Assembly: GCF_018977255.1 (NCBI RefSeq)
Contig: NW_024704742.1
Coordinates: 27,716,001-27,780,000, forward strand
Direction of reading: 5' to 3'
Length of the DNA: 64,000 nt
From: Callorhinchus milii
Lineage: Eukaryota
In this document: positions 51,179 through 63,450 of the stretch, piece by piece
How the letters are laid out: each line of letters begins with the position of its first letter
Numbering within the stretch: the stretch's first letter is position 1
Program-made: the position numbers and the translations under genes
The notes under the pieces: model-generated
Databases searched by the model: none
What the model was told of the DNA's origin: nothing
The model's input: only the letters and a program-made list of their open reading frames with translations

Positions 51179-51555
51179 ATAATAATAATAATCCTTGCAT
51201 TTAATATAGTGCCTTATCACGTTGTTGAAACATCTCAAAGCACTCGACAGAATATGCTGTAAAGTGAATTGACTACATATTTTGTGGGTGAAATGTGGCA
51301 GTTAATTGCGCACAGTAGTGTCCCAAAACAGTCATGTCCAAATTATTATTATTATTATTATTTAAAAACATTTTTTTTTGAAGGGATTATTACCCAGGAA
51401 AAGCGATTCGCCAATCAACTAACAACCGGGTTCCTACTTACTGCTAGGTATAGAGGTGTGTGGAGTAAGGAAACCTGCCTAACGTTTTGTCCTGCCCAGG
51501 ATTCGAGCCCACTCCCTCTCGTATGCGAGGTGAGATTCTCAGCAATACCCTGCAG
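51179..51555 (-). mobile_element. tRNA-derived SINE, long variant
   Basis: Contains aagcgattcgccaatcaactaacaaccgggttcctacttactgctaggt; B box remnant ggattcgagccc. Confidence 0.9.
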
Positions 51556-51959
51556 GATGCCTTCTGTGAGTTCCTTGTCCTGAATATATTTTTTTCTGGT
51601 GATTTGAGTACTGGGATAGTATTGAATTGATAGAGGTAGCATTTCATGGATGAGTCATTAAACTGAGCTCCCATCTGTTCTTTAGTTCCTGCGGTGCTAT
51701 TCAAATAGCCAAGAAAGTTTCTCCCAGTATCCTGGCCAACAGTTCTCCAGATTGATTGATCATTCACCCCTTGGCTGTTTATAGGAACTTATGGTGAGAA
51801 AAATCACTGCCTCTTTTGCCAAAAAATCCCCAGTCACTACACTTCACTATTGTTAAACCACTTTGAGATGTTTCAACATGATACATTTTTATAAAAATAA
51901 GCTTTTCTATCCATAATGAGATGCAGTCACACTGCTGTTTCATCTCCACCATCTGAATT

Positions 51960-52280
51960 TCTATCCAGTTAAGGCAATAGTGGGGATGTGCTACATTGTT
52001 GGAGGTGTTGTCCATCGAATGAGACGTTAAACTAAGCCCCATCTGCCTGTTCAGGTGGACACTAAAGATTCCTATGGAACTATTCGAAAAGAGAAGAGAA
52101 TTTCTCTACTCCATCATTCACTTCGTGGCAGTTTGTAGGGCATTTGCAGTGTGCAAATTGGCTGCTATGTTGGCCCACAGGTTACACAATCATTCGCACT
52201 TTGGGGTATATCCTTTAAGTGCTTTGAAGCATCCCCTTGATGCAAAAAGGCACTATGTTAAATGTATGGTTTATTATATT
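51960..52280 (+). mobile_element. Old Deu-domain SINE
   Basis: tgttggaggtgttgtccatcgaatgagacgttaaactaagccccatctgcctgttcaggtggacactaaagattcctatgg. Confidence 0.75.
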
Positions 52281-53379
52281 TTTTGTGTTCTTGTTGATAG
52301 CCAGCATCTATACCTGTACTTTGATTTCACCACAAGGGATGTTGTCCGCTCGCTTCTGCACCAGTCGTTTAGTATATGGGTAAGTGGAGAAATGATGTTT
52401 ACCTAGCTCTACATCGGTCTCCTACGGATTTTTTTCTTCTGTTATTTGCTTTTTAAAACAATTATAATTAGAGGACTCCATGGGGGGAGCCCTGCGTGTA
52501 TCCATTTTAATGGAACGCATGAGTTGAGATGACATGGGGCAGGAGGATTCCCTTGGAGCATGTCTATCGCACCACATTGAAGACGCTGTCTGTTATTATG
52601 TGGTCTGCTTTTGAGGCAGTTTTTCTTTCTGTCCCTGTGTATTGCTTGTTAAAGCACATGAAGCATTCAGTGGGACAGGAAAATAAAAGGAATGGATACA
52701 CGTCTTCCCCACGGAGTGGGGTAATTACAATTTAATTGAGATAAAAAATGGAAAAATGCAGAAGACTGACATAGGGGTTATAACAACTCTTACCTCACCC
52801 AGTCCTCTATTCATCCTACAGATATTTGAAACCCAGTCAAATATGTTGTCTTGACTTGTACAGCTTTTCTCTGCTATTCTTTTCTTTCTTGAGGCCCTGA
52901 AGGCAGTGCAGAGAAGAGCAGCAAATATGACATTAATAATAATCCTTGCATTTGATACAGCACTTATAATGTCGAGAAGGTCTCAGAGTGCTTCACAAAG
53001 ACCTTGTAAAATGTTGTGGCGAACATGGCAGCCAACTTGCACACAGCAACATCCCACAAATAGCCATGATGTGAATGAACAATTTTATTTGGACCAATTT
53101 TGGTCAGGACACCTGGAGAAACTCACTTCTATTTTTTTTAACAATGCCATGGATATTTTACGTTCATCTGAATAGGCAGATGGGACCTTGTTTTAAAATA
53201 TCATCCAAAGGATTTTCCAACATTTACTGTGTCAATTCAGTAGTACTCAAATATTTCAGGAGATGCATATATCCTCCCGGTAAGTGGGAAGTGACAAAGC
53301 CAATTGCAACCTGCCATGTGAGAGGCCCTCTGACTGCTATTTAGTGAGATGAATGAGAGGGAGGAGATACAATAAACTA

Positions 53380-54025
53380 CAATTAACATTTATATAGCAC
53401 CTTTCTCTTTGAGAGGATATTTTAAAGCACTCAACACTGCTGGCTGGGCACCTAAACTGGGAGCTGAAGAGCATGGGGAGGGTAAAGAAGACTGAAAGTG
53501 CAGTCAAAGAGGTAAGAATTGAGGTGGGCTTTTGAGAGGAGGGCATGTCTGAGGGACTCCACGATGGAGTTCCAGAGAGTGGTGGTAAGACAGCTGAAAG
53601 CCTGCCTGCTGACAGGGCAGATAGGACGGGGGACTTGAAGCAGGCCAGTGCTTGTTACTAATAATAATAATCCTTGCATTTGATATAGCGTTTTTCACGT
53701 CTTCTAGACGTCTCAAATCGCTTCACAGAATATGCCGTAAAGTGAATTGACTGTATATTTGTGGGTGAAACGCGGCAGCCAATTGCGCACAGCAGTGTCC
53801 CACAAACAGTCGTGGATTGAACGACTGTTGAGTAAAGAGAGCAACTGGGTCAGTAGGGTTACAGGACATCGCAGAAGTAGGGTGGAATGAAGCTGTGGAG
53901 GGATTTGAATGTGAGAATGAAGATCTTTTACTTGCTCTGCTGAGGGTTGAGAAGCCTGCAGAGCCAAGTTAGGTCAGGGGTGATAGGCTGGTGCAGAAGA
54001 GGACATGGGCTACAGAGTTCTGAAT
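53380..54025 (-). mobile_element. L2 3' fragment split by a young 5'-truncated SINE (53659-53820, minus)
   Basis: L2 homology on both sides; the SINE segment is near-identical to the 42794 copy. Confidence 0.8.
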
Positions 54026-54285
54026 AAAGGAATTTCATTACTTTGTTGTTCAGACATTTTGATCAGCTATACTGTGTTGAAAGAGAATACTAGCTTGAAC
54101 AAAGATTCTGAAATATCCCCTTTCCCTCCCCCCGACACACATACACACACAGAGTATCCAGCAAATTATGAACTGCTATCCTGTACATGATGTATATATT
54201 AGGAATTATAATCCTTGCATTTGATACAGCACTCTATCACATCATTAAGACATCTCAAAGTATTTCAAAATGATATACTGCAAAG

Positions 54286-54847
54286 CATTGGTTCCCAAAC
54301 TGCTTCCTGTGGACCCCTGGGATCGTGGAGATGGTTACAGTGGGGTTGGGGTGCATGAGATGGCAAATGGAACAGACCATCACCAGCAACCTGAGCGCTT
54401 GCTCCCTATGGGCTAATTACAGCGCCATCTTCACACACCAATCACAGCCTTTGCTCCTTGTGGACCAATCCCATCCCATACTCTCTATGGACCAATCACA
54501 GCTTCACTCACAGACCAATCACAGCCCTCGGTCCCTGCGACCCAATCCCTGTTCCTGCAGCTCCAGGAACCATCTGCTGCTCATTGAAATCTAATCAAAT
54601 GGGTCAAATGATGTCAATGATGGAAGAGGTGAGTCACACTCATTTCACAGGCTGAACCCAGAGTTTGTGTGATGTCTACGTTAATATTGTAAGCATTACT
54701 TTTTATTTATTTTCTTTAATTCTTTTAAAATCGTGTTTGCAATTAAAGTCAGGTACTCAGTTTCTATGGATTTGTTGTGTGAGGATCGCAGTCAGGATGC
54801 CTAATATCATTGGGGAGCCTTGAGCTGCGAATGTTTGAGAACCCCTA
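54286..54847. mobile_element. hAT (Charlie/MER5-type) MITE inserted into a SINE
   Basis: TIRs CATTGGTTCCCAAAC / GTTTGAGAACCCCTA. The 8-bp TSD copies CTGCAAAG / CTGTACAG each differ by one base from the SINE consensus CTGTAAAG, and SINE sequence resumes after the right TSD. Confidence 0.8.
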
Positions 54848-55136
54848 CTGTACAGTGATGTGGCTGTATGTAGTTTATGGGTGAAATTTAAAACAATTCA
54901 AACTTGTGCAGGGAAGCACTTACAATAATAGCTTGGTTCCAAGATTACTCCATAATTCCAAATGCTTCTAAAGACTAGGACTCATTGGCAGTAAAGGGTG
55001 TCCTCCATGCTAAATTGAGAGAAAACTCCGAAGAGAGGAGCTACACAGACATTTAAAGCTGACAGCAGCAATATTTGAAAATAACGAGTTTTCCACTTGA
55101 GGAACAGTTTGCCCATCCTAGTTTCTGCACGTTCCA

Positions 55137-55454
55137 CAGGGTGTCCACAAAATCCTGCTACTTTTTTCTCCCCTACAGTGTATCCACCAACAACTGAGTC
55201 ATGATAATTGTATTTATAAGTACTTAATTGTATTCAATACAAGTGTTCAACTGTATATAGTCGTCCAGAGGATTGGTGTGAGTGCCATGATTTTCATGGC
55301 AGATAATGGTCCATTGCCAGGTTCGGTGTGACATCTTCTGAAACACGGATGGAGTGATGAGGTGAAATGCGTCTCTGACAGCTTGTTTTGGCTTGTGCAT
55401 TGTCTCATATCGCTGTTTTGTAACAGTGGGCAAGATGACTTTGCGGACACCCTG
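55137..55454 (-). mobile_element. Internally deleted Tc1/mariner-superfamily element retaining the transposase C-terminus
   Basis: TIRs CAGGGTGTCCACAAAATC / CAGGGTGTCCGCAAAGTC (16/18), with TA on the right. Minus strand encodes QRYETMHKPKQAVRDAFHLITPSVFQKMSHRTWQWTIICHENHGTHT, typical of DD(D/E) transposase C-termini. Confidence 0.8.
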
Positions 55455-57329
55455 TACTATGACAGTCCTTGCCAATAGCTTCTAGCATGTTTACGTCAGG
55501 ATATGTGACTCATAACTCAGCACTGATGTTAAAAGCCTCAAAAAAGATGGAATTTGATTAAGGAAAAAAAGCTGCTTGGAAGCCCACCCGTTATTATGGA
55601 CAGGATAAGGATTTTACTGTAATTAAGTGGAAATATTTGCATCACAGAATAGGCCTATGGAATTTGGAATACATTCTAATGAAATGCATCTTACATTTCC
55701 CCCAAAATTTCGTTACTTCCTAATTATTTTGTTGAGAATGTCACAGAAATTAGATACTGTTTTATTCTTCACAAACATTTTTTTGGTTGCTGAGAAAGTC
55801 TGGATAATCTAGTGAGGAGCGCTCTGGCACGTCACTACTGGAGCATTGTACCACAGATGCTGGAGAATACATTCAGGAGAATCCACAGCTCATTTTCTTG
55901 GACAAATTGGAGAATTTTTGGCGAAGATTTGTTGTGTCTGTCAGGGCCTTGAATTCTGAAAGACCTGGCTAAAGTGCAGTTAATTGCAGGTGGAGAAAAC
56001 CTCGGAGTTTAGGAACTGGAGAAAGCCATTTGGTCCACCAAGCTACCTCTGCCATGGACCATTTTGTGGTAACTTTGTATAATCCATTTGCACTTTCCTG
56101 CCTTTTCACAATGTCAGTATATAATATTTTTCTGACTACTTTTCATAGTTAAACTATTAGCTGAGTTGAGCAGCTAATTGTGATCGAGGTACATTCAACG
56201 TGTACAGGAGCATGTCTGAGAAAAAAAAGATAATCAGGCCACAATACATCAATTGGGGCAATGTTGAGTTACTTTGCTTAGAATTGAACCGAGTGACTTA
56301 AAGCTCAGCTGGTCGGTGCACGACTTGAATGAACATATAAACTAGACAATACAGTGGAGTAGGTAACAGTACAGCTCACTCAGTACACTGTCAGCGTGTC
56401 GTTACTGATTATAATTAAGCACACTACAGTTTGAAAATGTGAAATTGTTAAGCCAGTCGTGGTGTTTCCCAGTGGTGGGTTTATGATGTACCTCCTTTTA
56501 GTGCAGACTGAACGCCATCTGTGCTACTATTTACAACTATTATTGCAAGCTGAGCTACCAGCATGCCTGCCAGCTATGTTATTCTCCATCATCATAGAAT
56601 ATAACAAAGCTGAAAGCTTTGGTTTCATTATTGGACATCTAAACTTTTACCACTGCTTTCTCCGATGAACCATGTGTGGCATCTGTTAGAAGTATATCTG
56701 CATATGATTGTGTTAAATTAAATTATTTTTATTATAGATTCAAGTTTGTGAAAGTAACTTTTGAAATACATCTTTTAACAAAATGCCATCCTCAGATGTA
56801 CGACTTACAGTTTCTATGATTTGCAATTTACGTTTACATAGTGCCTTTTACATTGGACGGATGTCTCAAAGTGCTTCACCCTCCTATAGGGCTGAGCAAT
56901 TTTTTGCCCAAAGGTGAACACTTCCAACATTTGATAGAATAACTCTTGGACTGGCAATAAGATATCTCATGGAGGCAATTTATGGCTATTAAAATGATGA
57001 TGATTATAAATCAATTTTCATGTAATACAGAATGTGGCATATGCTACTTGATGGATATCTCGTTAATGGGAATATTTGTTTAAAGTAATTATCTATCAAA
57101 CTAATTTCCATGCATTGTAGACATGCTCCCATCTCTATTGGCTTCCTTTACATCAGTAAGATTCATTAGTAGATTCCATTTTCTCTGCTTTATCCTCTCT
57201 GCTTATGTGTTGCAGTCTGCATTCTTCCAATTGTGCTTTATTGCTCATGCCTTTTTTCCTTCTTTCAACCATTGGAGGAGCACTCCTTCAGCTATCACTA
57301 CTCTGTCCTCCAGAACTTTCTTCCAAAGC

Positions 57330-57600
57330 TTGTCAGCCTGACTCAGTTGGTAGCAACCATTACCTTTAGCTCAGAGGTTGTGGATTACACTTCTGTGTCA
57401 AGGAGTTTGATAACATTCCAATATAGTGCTGGAGAATGCTGCACCATTGGAGGTGCCATCCTTCAGATGAGATTTTAAACCAAGATCCCATTTGCCTTTT
57501 CTGACTTCCTGGTCACAAATTGGTTACTCACTTCAAGGTTGTTTGTGGGATATTGGTGTGTCCAAATTGGCTGCCACATTTGCCCACAAATAAAGTCAAA
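57330..57600 (+). mobile_element. Old tRNA-headed Deu-domain SINE
   Basis: gtcagcctgactcagttggtagc...tgcaccattggaggtgccatccttcagatgagattttaaacc. Confidence 0.75.
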
Positions 57601-57889
57601 TACAACAACAAGTATACTTTGCTGAAAAAATTGCGAAGGTCTTTGACACAATGTCTAGAATTAAAATTACTTTGCCTTCATCGCATCTGAAGACCTGCCT
57701 CTTTGACCGTGCCTATGATCACTTTCCATTTCTCCCCAGCTTGGCATCAAGCTCTGCCACTGTTAAGTGCTCCAAGATGCCACCCGCTTGAAGATGCTAA
57801 TTAAATACAAGTTGTTATTGTGATTGTTAACTTCCAAATATCTCTTGAGGTACCATCTCTTCAAATGTGCACTCAGTCACTAAAACCCC

Positions 57890-58420
57890 CTTCATAGTTC
57901 TTGCTCACTGTCCACTTTGGGACATTTTCGTTCCATCCAGGCTCGACTACGCCAAATCCCTTGTCAGCCTTCCCAATGCTTCCCTAAACTCTGCAGCTCA
58001 TGTCCTGTTCCGCACCAGGCTCTGGGACCAGAGGATAGAGTTCAAAATCCTCGTCTTTGTCTTCAAAGCCCCTCACAGCTTTGCTCTTTCAACCTCTGTG
58101 ACCTGCTAACGCCATATTGACCTGTCCGCTTAGCAGCCTCCAGCCTACTTTACGCCCCACCACCCAGCCGCCTCCCCCTTTGGCAGTTGGGTCTTCAGCC
58201 TCTTTGCCTCCACCCTATGGAACGCGATCTCACAGTCTCTTCGCCTTGCTACCTCCCTTGCTTCCTTCAAGGATTGTCTTAAGACCCTCCTCCTAGACCG
58301 CGCCTTTCATCTACCCACCCTGCCCTCCACCCTTTCTGATCCTAACTCCCTGCTTGAGTCCAAATCTCTGACTGTCTAGCACCTTGGGACATCCTCCCAA
58401 CAAATGTAATTAGTTGTTAT
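57890..58420 (+). mobile_element. L2 3' fragment
   Basis: SRLDYAKSL...NSAAHVL.RTRL...RIEFKILV.VFKA; ends gggacatcctcccaaca. Confidence 0.85.
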
Positions 58421-58430
58421 CTTTTTCATA

Positions 58431-58585
58431 CAGTAAATTCCTGATAACTCCACTCCAAAGGAAAAGGGCTCAGTAAAGAGTTATTTTTAGTGGTGAGTAA
58501 ATAAATGTGGCTGGGATATTGGCAACATGATGACTTGAGTTATTGTGACAAGTTAAGCCGGGGTTGAATTATCAGGAGTTTACTG
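58431..58585. mobile_element. 155-bp pogo/Tigger-type MITE
   Basis: TIRs CAGTAAATTCCTGATAACTC / CAGTAAACTCCTGATAATTC (18/20), flanked by TA on both sides. Confidence 0.85.
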
Positions 58586-59944
58586 TATATACTGCTGTAT
58601 TTCTGTTGTTGCATATCCGCATTATGCACTTTACACAAAGGTTGGTGCCTTATACGCAAGCATCCCAGCCAGTGCTTGTTTTAAGTACTACTTGACTTGC
58701 AGATCTAAGTACTTTAAACAAGAGCAATACTCAGACCTACATTATGAAATAGTAAAGTGGTCCAGTGATGCTGCACTTAACAGGGTTGTGAGAATCTGAT
58801 GCAGCACAGTGAACATGGGATTATTGCTCGACAATATTCAGTATCAGGATACATGGAGCTTGTTCGAGCAGCTTCCAGTCATCTTATCACCAAATGAAAA
58901 TTTGTTTCAGATACGTCAATAAATGTTTTGTTTCTCGTCCATTTGTAAGATATTTCACTGACACTGGTGAGCATGACATATACTTTCGTTAGTATTTGAT
59001 TAATAGGAATGAAGAGAATGAATGGTTGAAGAGAACAATCTACTGGACACACATTATTCTTGTTAACCATCATGCTGTAATGTTTGTAACCTTGTACTGC
59101 AGTTATGATGCATGTTTGGTATCAGTCATGTATTGTCTTATGGACCATACCGATGCAAAATATGGATAATAATGCTGCCAATTGCAGTTTTGTGTGTGAA
59201 AAAGTGTCGGTAAATGAGATTACCTTGAAAGTGCAGATGTGGAAATTTAGATGCTCACGTTGCTAACATGATATGTCGTTGTGTATGTGATGTTACTAAA
59301 AGACCCTCTCACTGTACAGTGAGCAGTACATGTCGATGCATAGGTGCAAGCATATGCTCAAGCCAGCATCTGCACAGGCTTACAACTTACACCTTTCAGA
59401 AGGCGCACATGCAGATACAAGGAAAAACTTTAGTTATCGGATTCCCTTGGGAAAAGGTAGAAAGGGGTCGCATAATTTGCTCTGAAGAAAACCGTGACCT
59501 TTTATTTAAATCTTTTTCTCCTTTATTGCATTCCTTTCTCTTTAAGATAGGTCAGGGGACATGTCAGGTTGGGTGAGACTGAAGACTGCTTGATGGCTCC
59601 CAGTTAAAGTGCTTTTCTCTGGTCTGAATGACAAGAGACATGTTATCCACTGATTAAGGCAACAGAATGTCAGATGGTCTCCTGAGAGAGATGCTCTATC
59701 CAGGGAGCCGATAAGATTGATCAGACGGTGGGTTTTAGCCCTGAGACACTGTTGATTTGAATCTGTAACCATAGCAGGGAGAAACAACCTTTGTAAGCAC
59801 TATATCACTGGACTCCTTCCTTCACTGTAGGTGGGAAGAGAAGTCTGGTAGTTACATACAACAAATTAAAAATTTACGTTCATTTAGCACCATTCATGCT
59901 GGGAGGACATTCCCAAGACACTGACATACTGAATGCAAGGCCAG

Positions 59945-60310
59945 TTATAATAATAATGCTTGTATTTGCTACAGCACTTTATCGTGTTGGTCAAATGTCT
60001 CAAAATACTTCACAAGATTTTACTGTAAAGTGCAGTGACTGTCTATTTGTAGGCAAACGCAGAAGTTGATTTGCACACAGCAATGTCCCACAAACAGCCT
60101 TTAAATTAATGATCAATTTTATCTGGGGGAGAAGCTCTCTTATCTTTTCAAGTGGTGTCGTTAACATTTATTCGAACGGGCAGACAGGAACTTAGTTTAA
60201 TATCTCATCTGAAGAATGGCACCTCCAACAATTGACTATCAGCTGAGACAATGAAGCTATCCTAACATGGACTTGAACCCACGACCTTCAGAGCTATGAA
60301 TGCTACCAAT
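59945..60310 (-). mobile_element. Old full-length tRNA-headed SINE
   Basis: (AAT)n tail, shared body, tttaatatctcatctgaagaatggcacctcc, head ggacttgaacccacgacctt. Confidence 0.75.
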
Positions 60311-61879
60311 GCACACACCTTAAAAAATAATTCTAGAAAAATGAACACTGAGACTGACATGTGTCCCTACTGACTGACTCTTTTTCTGTGTGTGGTGGGT
60401 GTGTGTCACACTAATTAAACATGATGCTTTTTACTATTTCAAAATCCTTTAGTGCTGAGTCTCAAACTTATGCCTTATGTGTGCTGTCTACAAACAGTGC
60501 GTAGTGAGTGCAGCTAATGTTTTTATCAGCAATAAAATGTTGAACTGAGGATCCCAGATGAGATTAAAGGCATGTTATAAAATGAAGGCATTGTTGAAAT
60601 TGATGGATGCTTCTTTAACTTGAAGCTATTCATAATGACTTAAACTAAACAGTCAGCTTTCTCAGGTCCATCCCAACCTAACAAGATTGCATCACACTGG
60701 AGTTTAATTTGTATTCTTTCTTATCAAATTTCTTGATAAGAAATGTGTAAATGAATTTCCTGAAGCATGCATTCCCGCTACATTCGATGTTTCAGAAAGA
60801 CAATGGTCACATATTTCTTAAGAAGCAACCTCTTAAGAAATACCGCAAATTAGACTCTGATTAATTGTGCAGTCTAGCAGAGTGTGATCGGTGGAGCAGG
60901 CTGGTTAAGCGTCTCAACACTCTGATCTTTTCAAGAAAGTTCAATTGTAAAGGTTAGTTTTAAATATATATTGTGCCATAAGGGAGTAACCCTATAATAA
61001 AAAAGATAATTTGTGTTGCTTCATAATGCATTACAGTGAATGAAAAATGTTAAAACTCTCTGAGGTGCTTTTCCCACTTGTCGGTAAACTATCAACCTTG
61101 GCGCAGTGAGCTTTTAATAGGATTTAACTCCATGAGCTGACCGCATAACCCACAGGCACTAGAATTGCAAGAAGGATATGTGGTGGGCTAATTATGGAAA
61201 TTTCCTGCCTTTCACAGTTGCCTGCCACTTATCATTGATTTGCTGTTCCATTGCACTAAATACATTTTAAAAATGGGTTGCTTCCATGAGTTATGTGGGA
61301 ATCTGCTTTTTGACACTTTTGGCAACATTCTGCTATGTGTTTGTTCACTGACGTCAATCCCTGTGGTCCCTTGATGTCAATTAATGGGCAATGGCCAAAG
61401 CTGATTCTGCCATAATTACATGATAAATTTGATTTATTTTAGAAAGATAGGTAGTTGGTGACTAAACCACTATTTGGATTTTATCGTTTCCATCACTTGC
61501 TCATCAAATGAAAGGAAGCCATCACCAATCCATTTATTTGCCAATGTGTGCTCAACTATCCTTGAGTACCAGAACATAACCAGGAAATGGCAACAAGCTG
61601 AGTGAGGGTTTGAATGCTATTCCCTGCTGTATCATAGTACTTACAAACTGCCAGACATTAGAAATCATTCTTCTGAGAATTGCTGTCAAAATCTGAATTA
61701 AAAAAAATACACAGACTTGACATACTTAATAAGAAAGTGCTTCAGATTTCAGTGACTTGTAAGAGTGTGCAGAAGTGAAATGCTGCTGAGGCTTTGCAGT
61801 GTTTTAGCATGAGCGGTGAATTGATTTGGACAAAGAACAGCACATAAATGTCAGTCATTAGTCAATCAATTGAATTAAT

Positions 61880-63150
61880 TATTGAGGCTCTTAGATTCCA
61901 AACAAATTATCATGTTGGTTAGGAAATGTGTTTTATTCTTATATGACTTCCTTTCATTTGAAGACTCGAAATATCCGACATTCATTTCGACCTTGGATCT
62001 GAGCTCGAAGGACTTGAATTTTGGGTCTTTTGTATTGATTTGAAAGTCTGCATTTATTGAGTCATTTATTTGGTAGTCTTCTATTCCAGTTCTCTGTTGG
62101 CGAGGGAGCCATAAAAATGTCTGGGTTTGTGAGTGAAACTGGTCCATTATTTAGGAGAACTGGTTTCCGTGCAGGGCCAGCAGACACTTGTGCCCCTTAT
62201 ATACTGCTAATGATTCAACACTTCCACTGGTAGAGCAATACAATTCAGAACAGTAATTCAGGTTTCGATTTCCCTATCTCTCTGGTGGGTGTTGAAGAGA
62301 GCTTTTGGAACCAGCGTTGAATATTTTTTTCACTTCTATTTAAGAGCCGTAGAGTGTGACATCTAAAGGTCTAAGGAGTGTCCAGGAATATTGAATTTTA
62401 TTTGTATTTAAGTATTAAAAGATCTTTTCCATAGTCAGGGTTGCGATTCTGGCATCACATTCTGGAGGAGTTCACAAGCATGGCTTGGAGTAGGGCTCGG
62501 ATGTAAATTGCTGGCCATAAAACTGAGTTTTGATGCATTTATACTTTGAATTGTACAAAGTACATCATATCAATGTTAAATGTACAGTGTAAAAGGGATA
62601 AAGTAAACCTTCTGCCTTTTCCTGAGAAGATTTTTTTTTGCAATTTCAGAACTTTTCACAGTTTATATTCTATCGAAGGTTCCAACGCGTCTGCAATTAA
62701 AAATATCTCTGCCAAGAAATGACACCCAATCATTTCTGTAGCTCTCTCAGTCAAAGTGTTCGGACTTTGCCTTCTGCAGTTAAGATTGTCCTTCAAACGT
62801 GGATGTTTGAACGGCATGTTGTTCTTGTGTGAGGCGAAACCTCAGCAGCCAGTGAGGGATCGCCAGCTCCCACTGTAAACTGATTCGACATGAACAGAAG
62901 TAATATCTGTGATTCAATCAGCAATGATATTAAAGTCTAACATTTGGCTACAGTTGAACCGTGTATAATGTATCAATTTCACATGTGTCCAGATCTGCCA
63001 ACTTTAAAAATCTTCTAAATTTCACAATGAATTTAAATGTAAAGTTAACTGTCTTGAGGGCTAAAACTGAGATTATTTGATTATTTGACTTTGCAAAACT
63101 ATAGGGCATAGGTTTAAAATTCAAAAGCCTAACCTGGAGGTTAGATAGCA
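61880..63150 (-). mobile_element. Very decayed L1-clade ORF2 fragment
   Basis: Minus-strand motifs in L1 order across frameshifts: ILLLFMSN (YADD-ILL-like), SFLG.DI, INA.K...LLQAM.V, NIQRWF, GI...FKSFELRSK. Confidence 0.45.
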
Positions 63151-63377
63151 AATTTTATCCCTGAGAGGTAGATATTCAGAATAAACTCAGGGGTTACAAA
63201 CCAGCCAGCAACTGAAAGAGACCAAGACTCAGTACAGATTTGATGGAAAATACATTATTATTAATAATAGTCCTTGCATTTGATTTAGAGCCTTTGATAT
63301 TGGAAGGATTTCTCAAATTGTTTCAAAGGATTTGTATAAATTGTAGTGGCTGTGCATTTTGTAAGCCAACATTAAAT

Positions 63378-63450
63378 CAGCGGTGTTCAACCAGTGGCCC
63401 GCAGGCCGGATGTGGCCCCCAGGGCTGTCAAGAAGTGGACCCCTGAACAT
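63378..63450 (+). mobile_element. hAT-Charlie-type 5' terminus
   Basis: CAGCGGTGTTCAACCAGTGGCCCGCAGGCCGGATGTGGCCCCC, with MER20/MER30-like GGCCC subterminal repeats. The other end was not identified. Confidence 0.6.

Noticed and set aside
54437..54550. CRISPR-like repeat-spacer array
   Set aside because: The repeats are only ~8-13 nt and degenerate, inside a eukaryotic hAT MITE, with no cas genes.
61875..62147. Small gene or endogenous viral ORF with an upstream TATATAA
   Set aside because: Better explained as part of a decayed L1 ORF2; no viral motif recognised.
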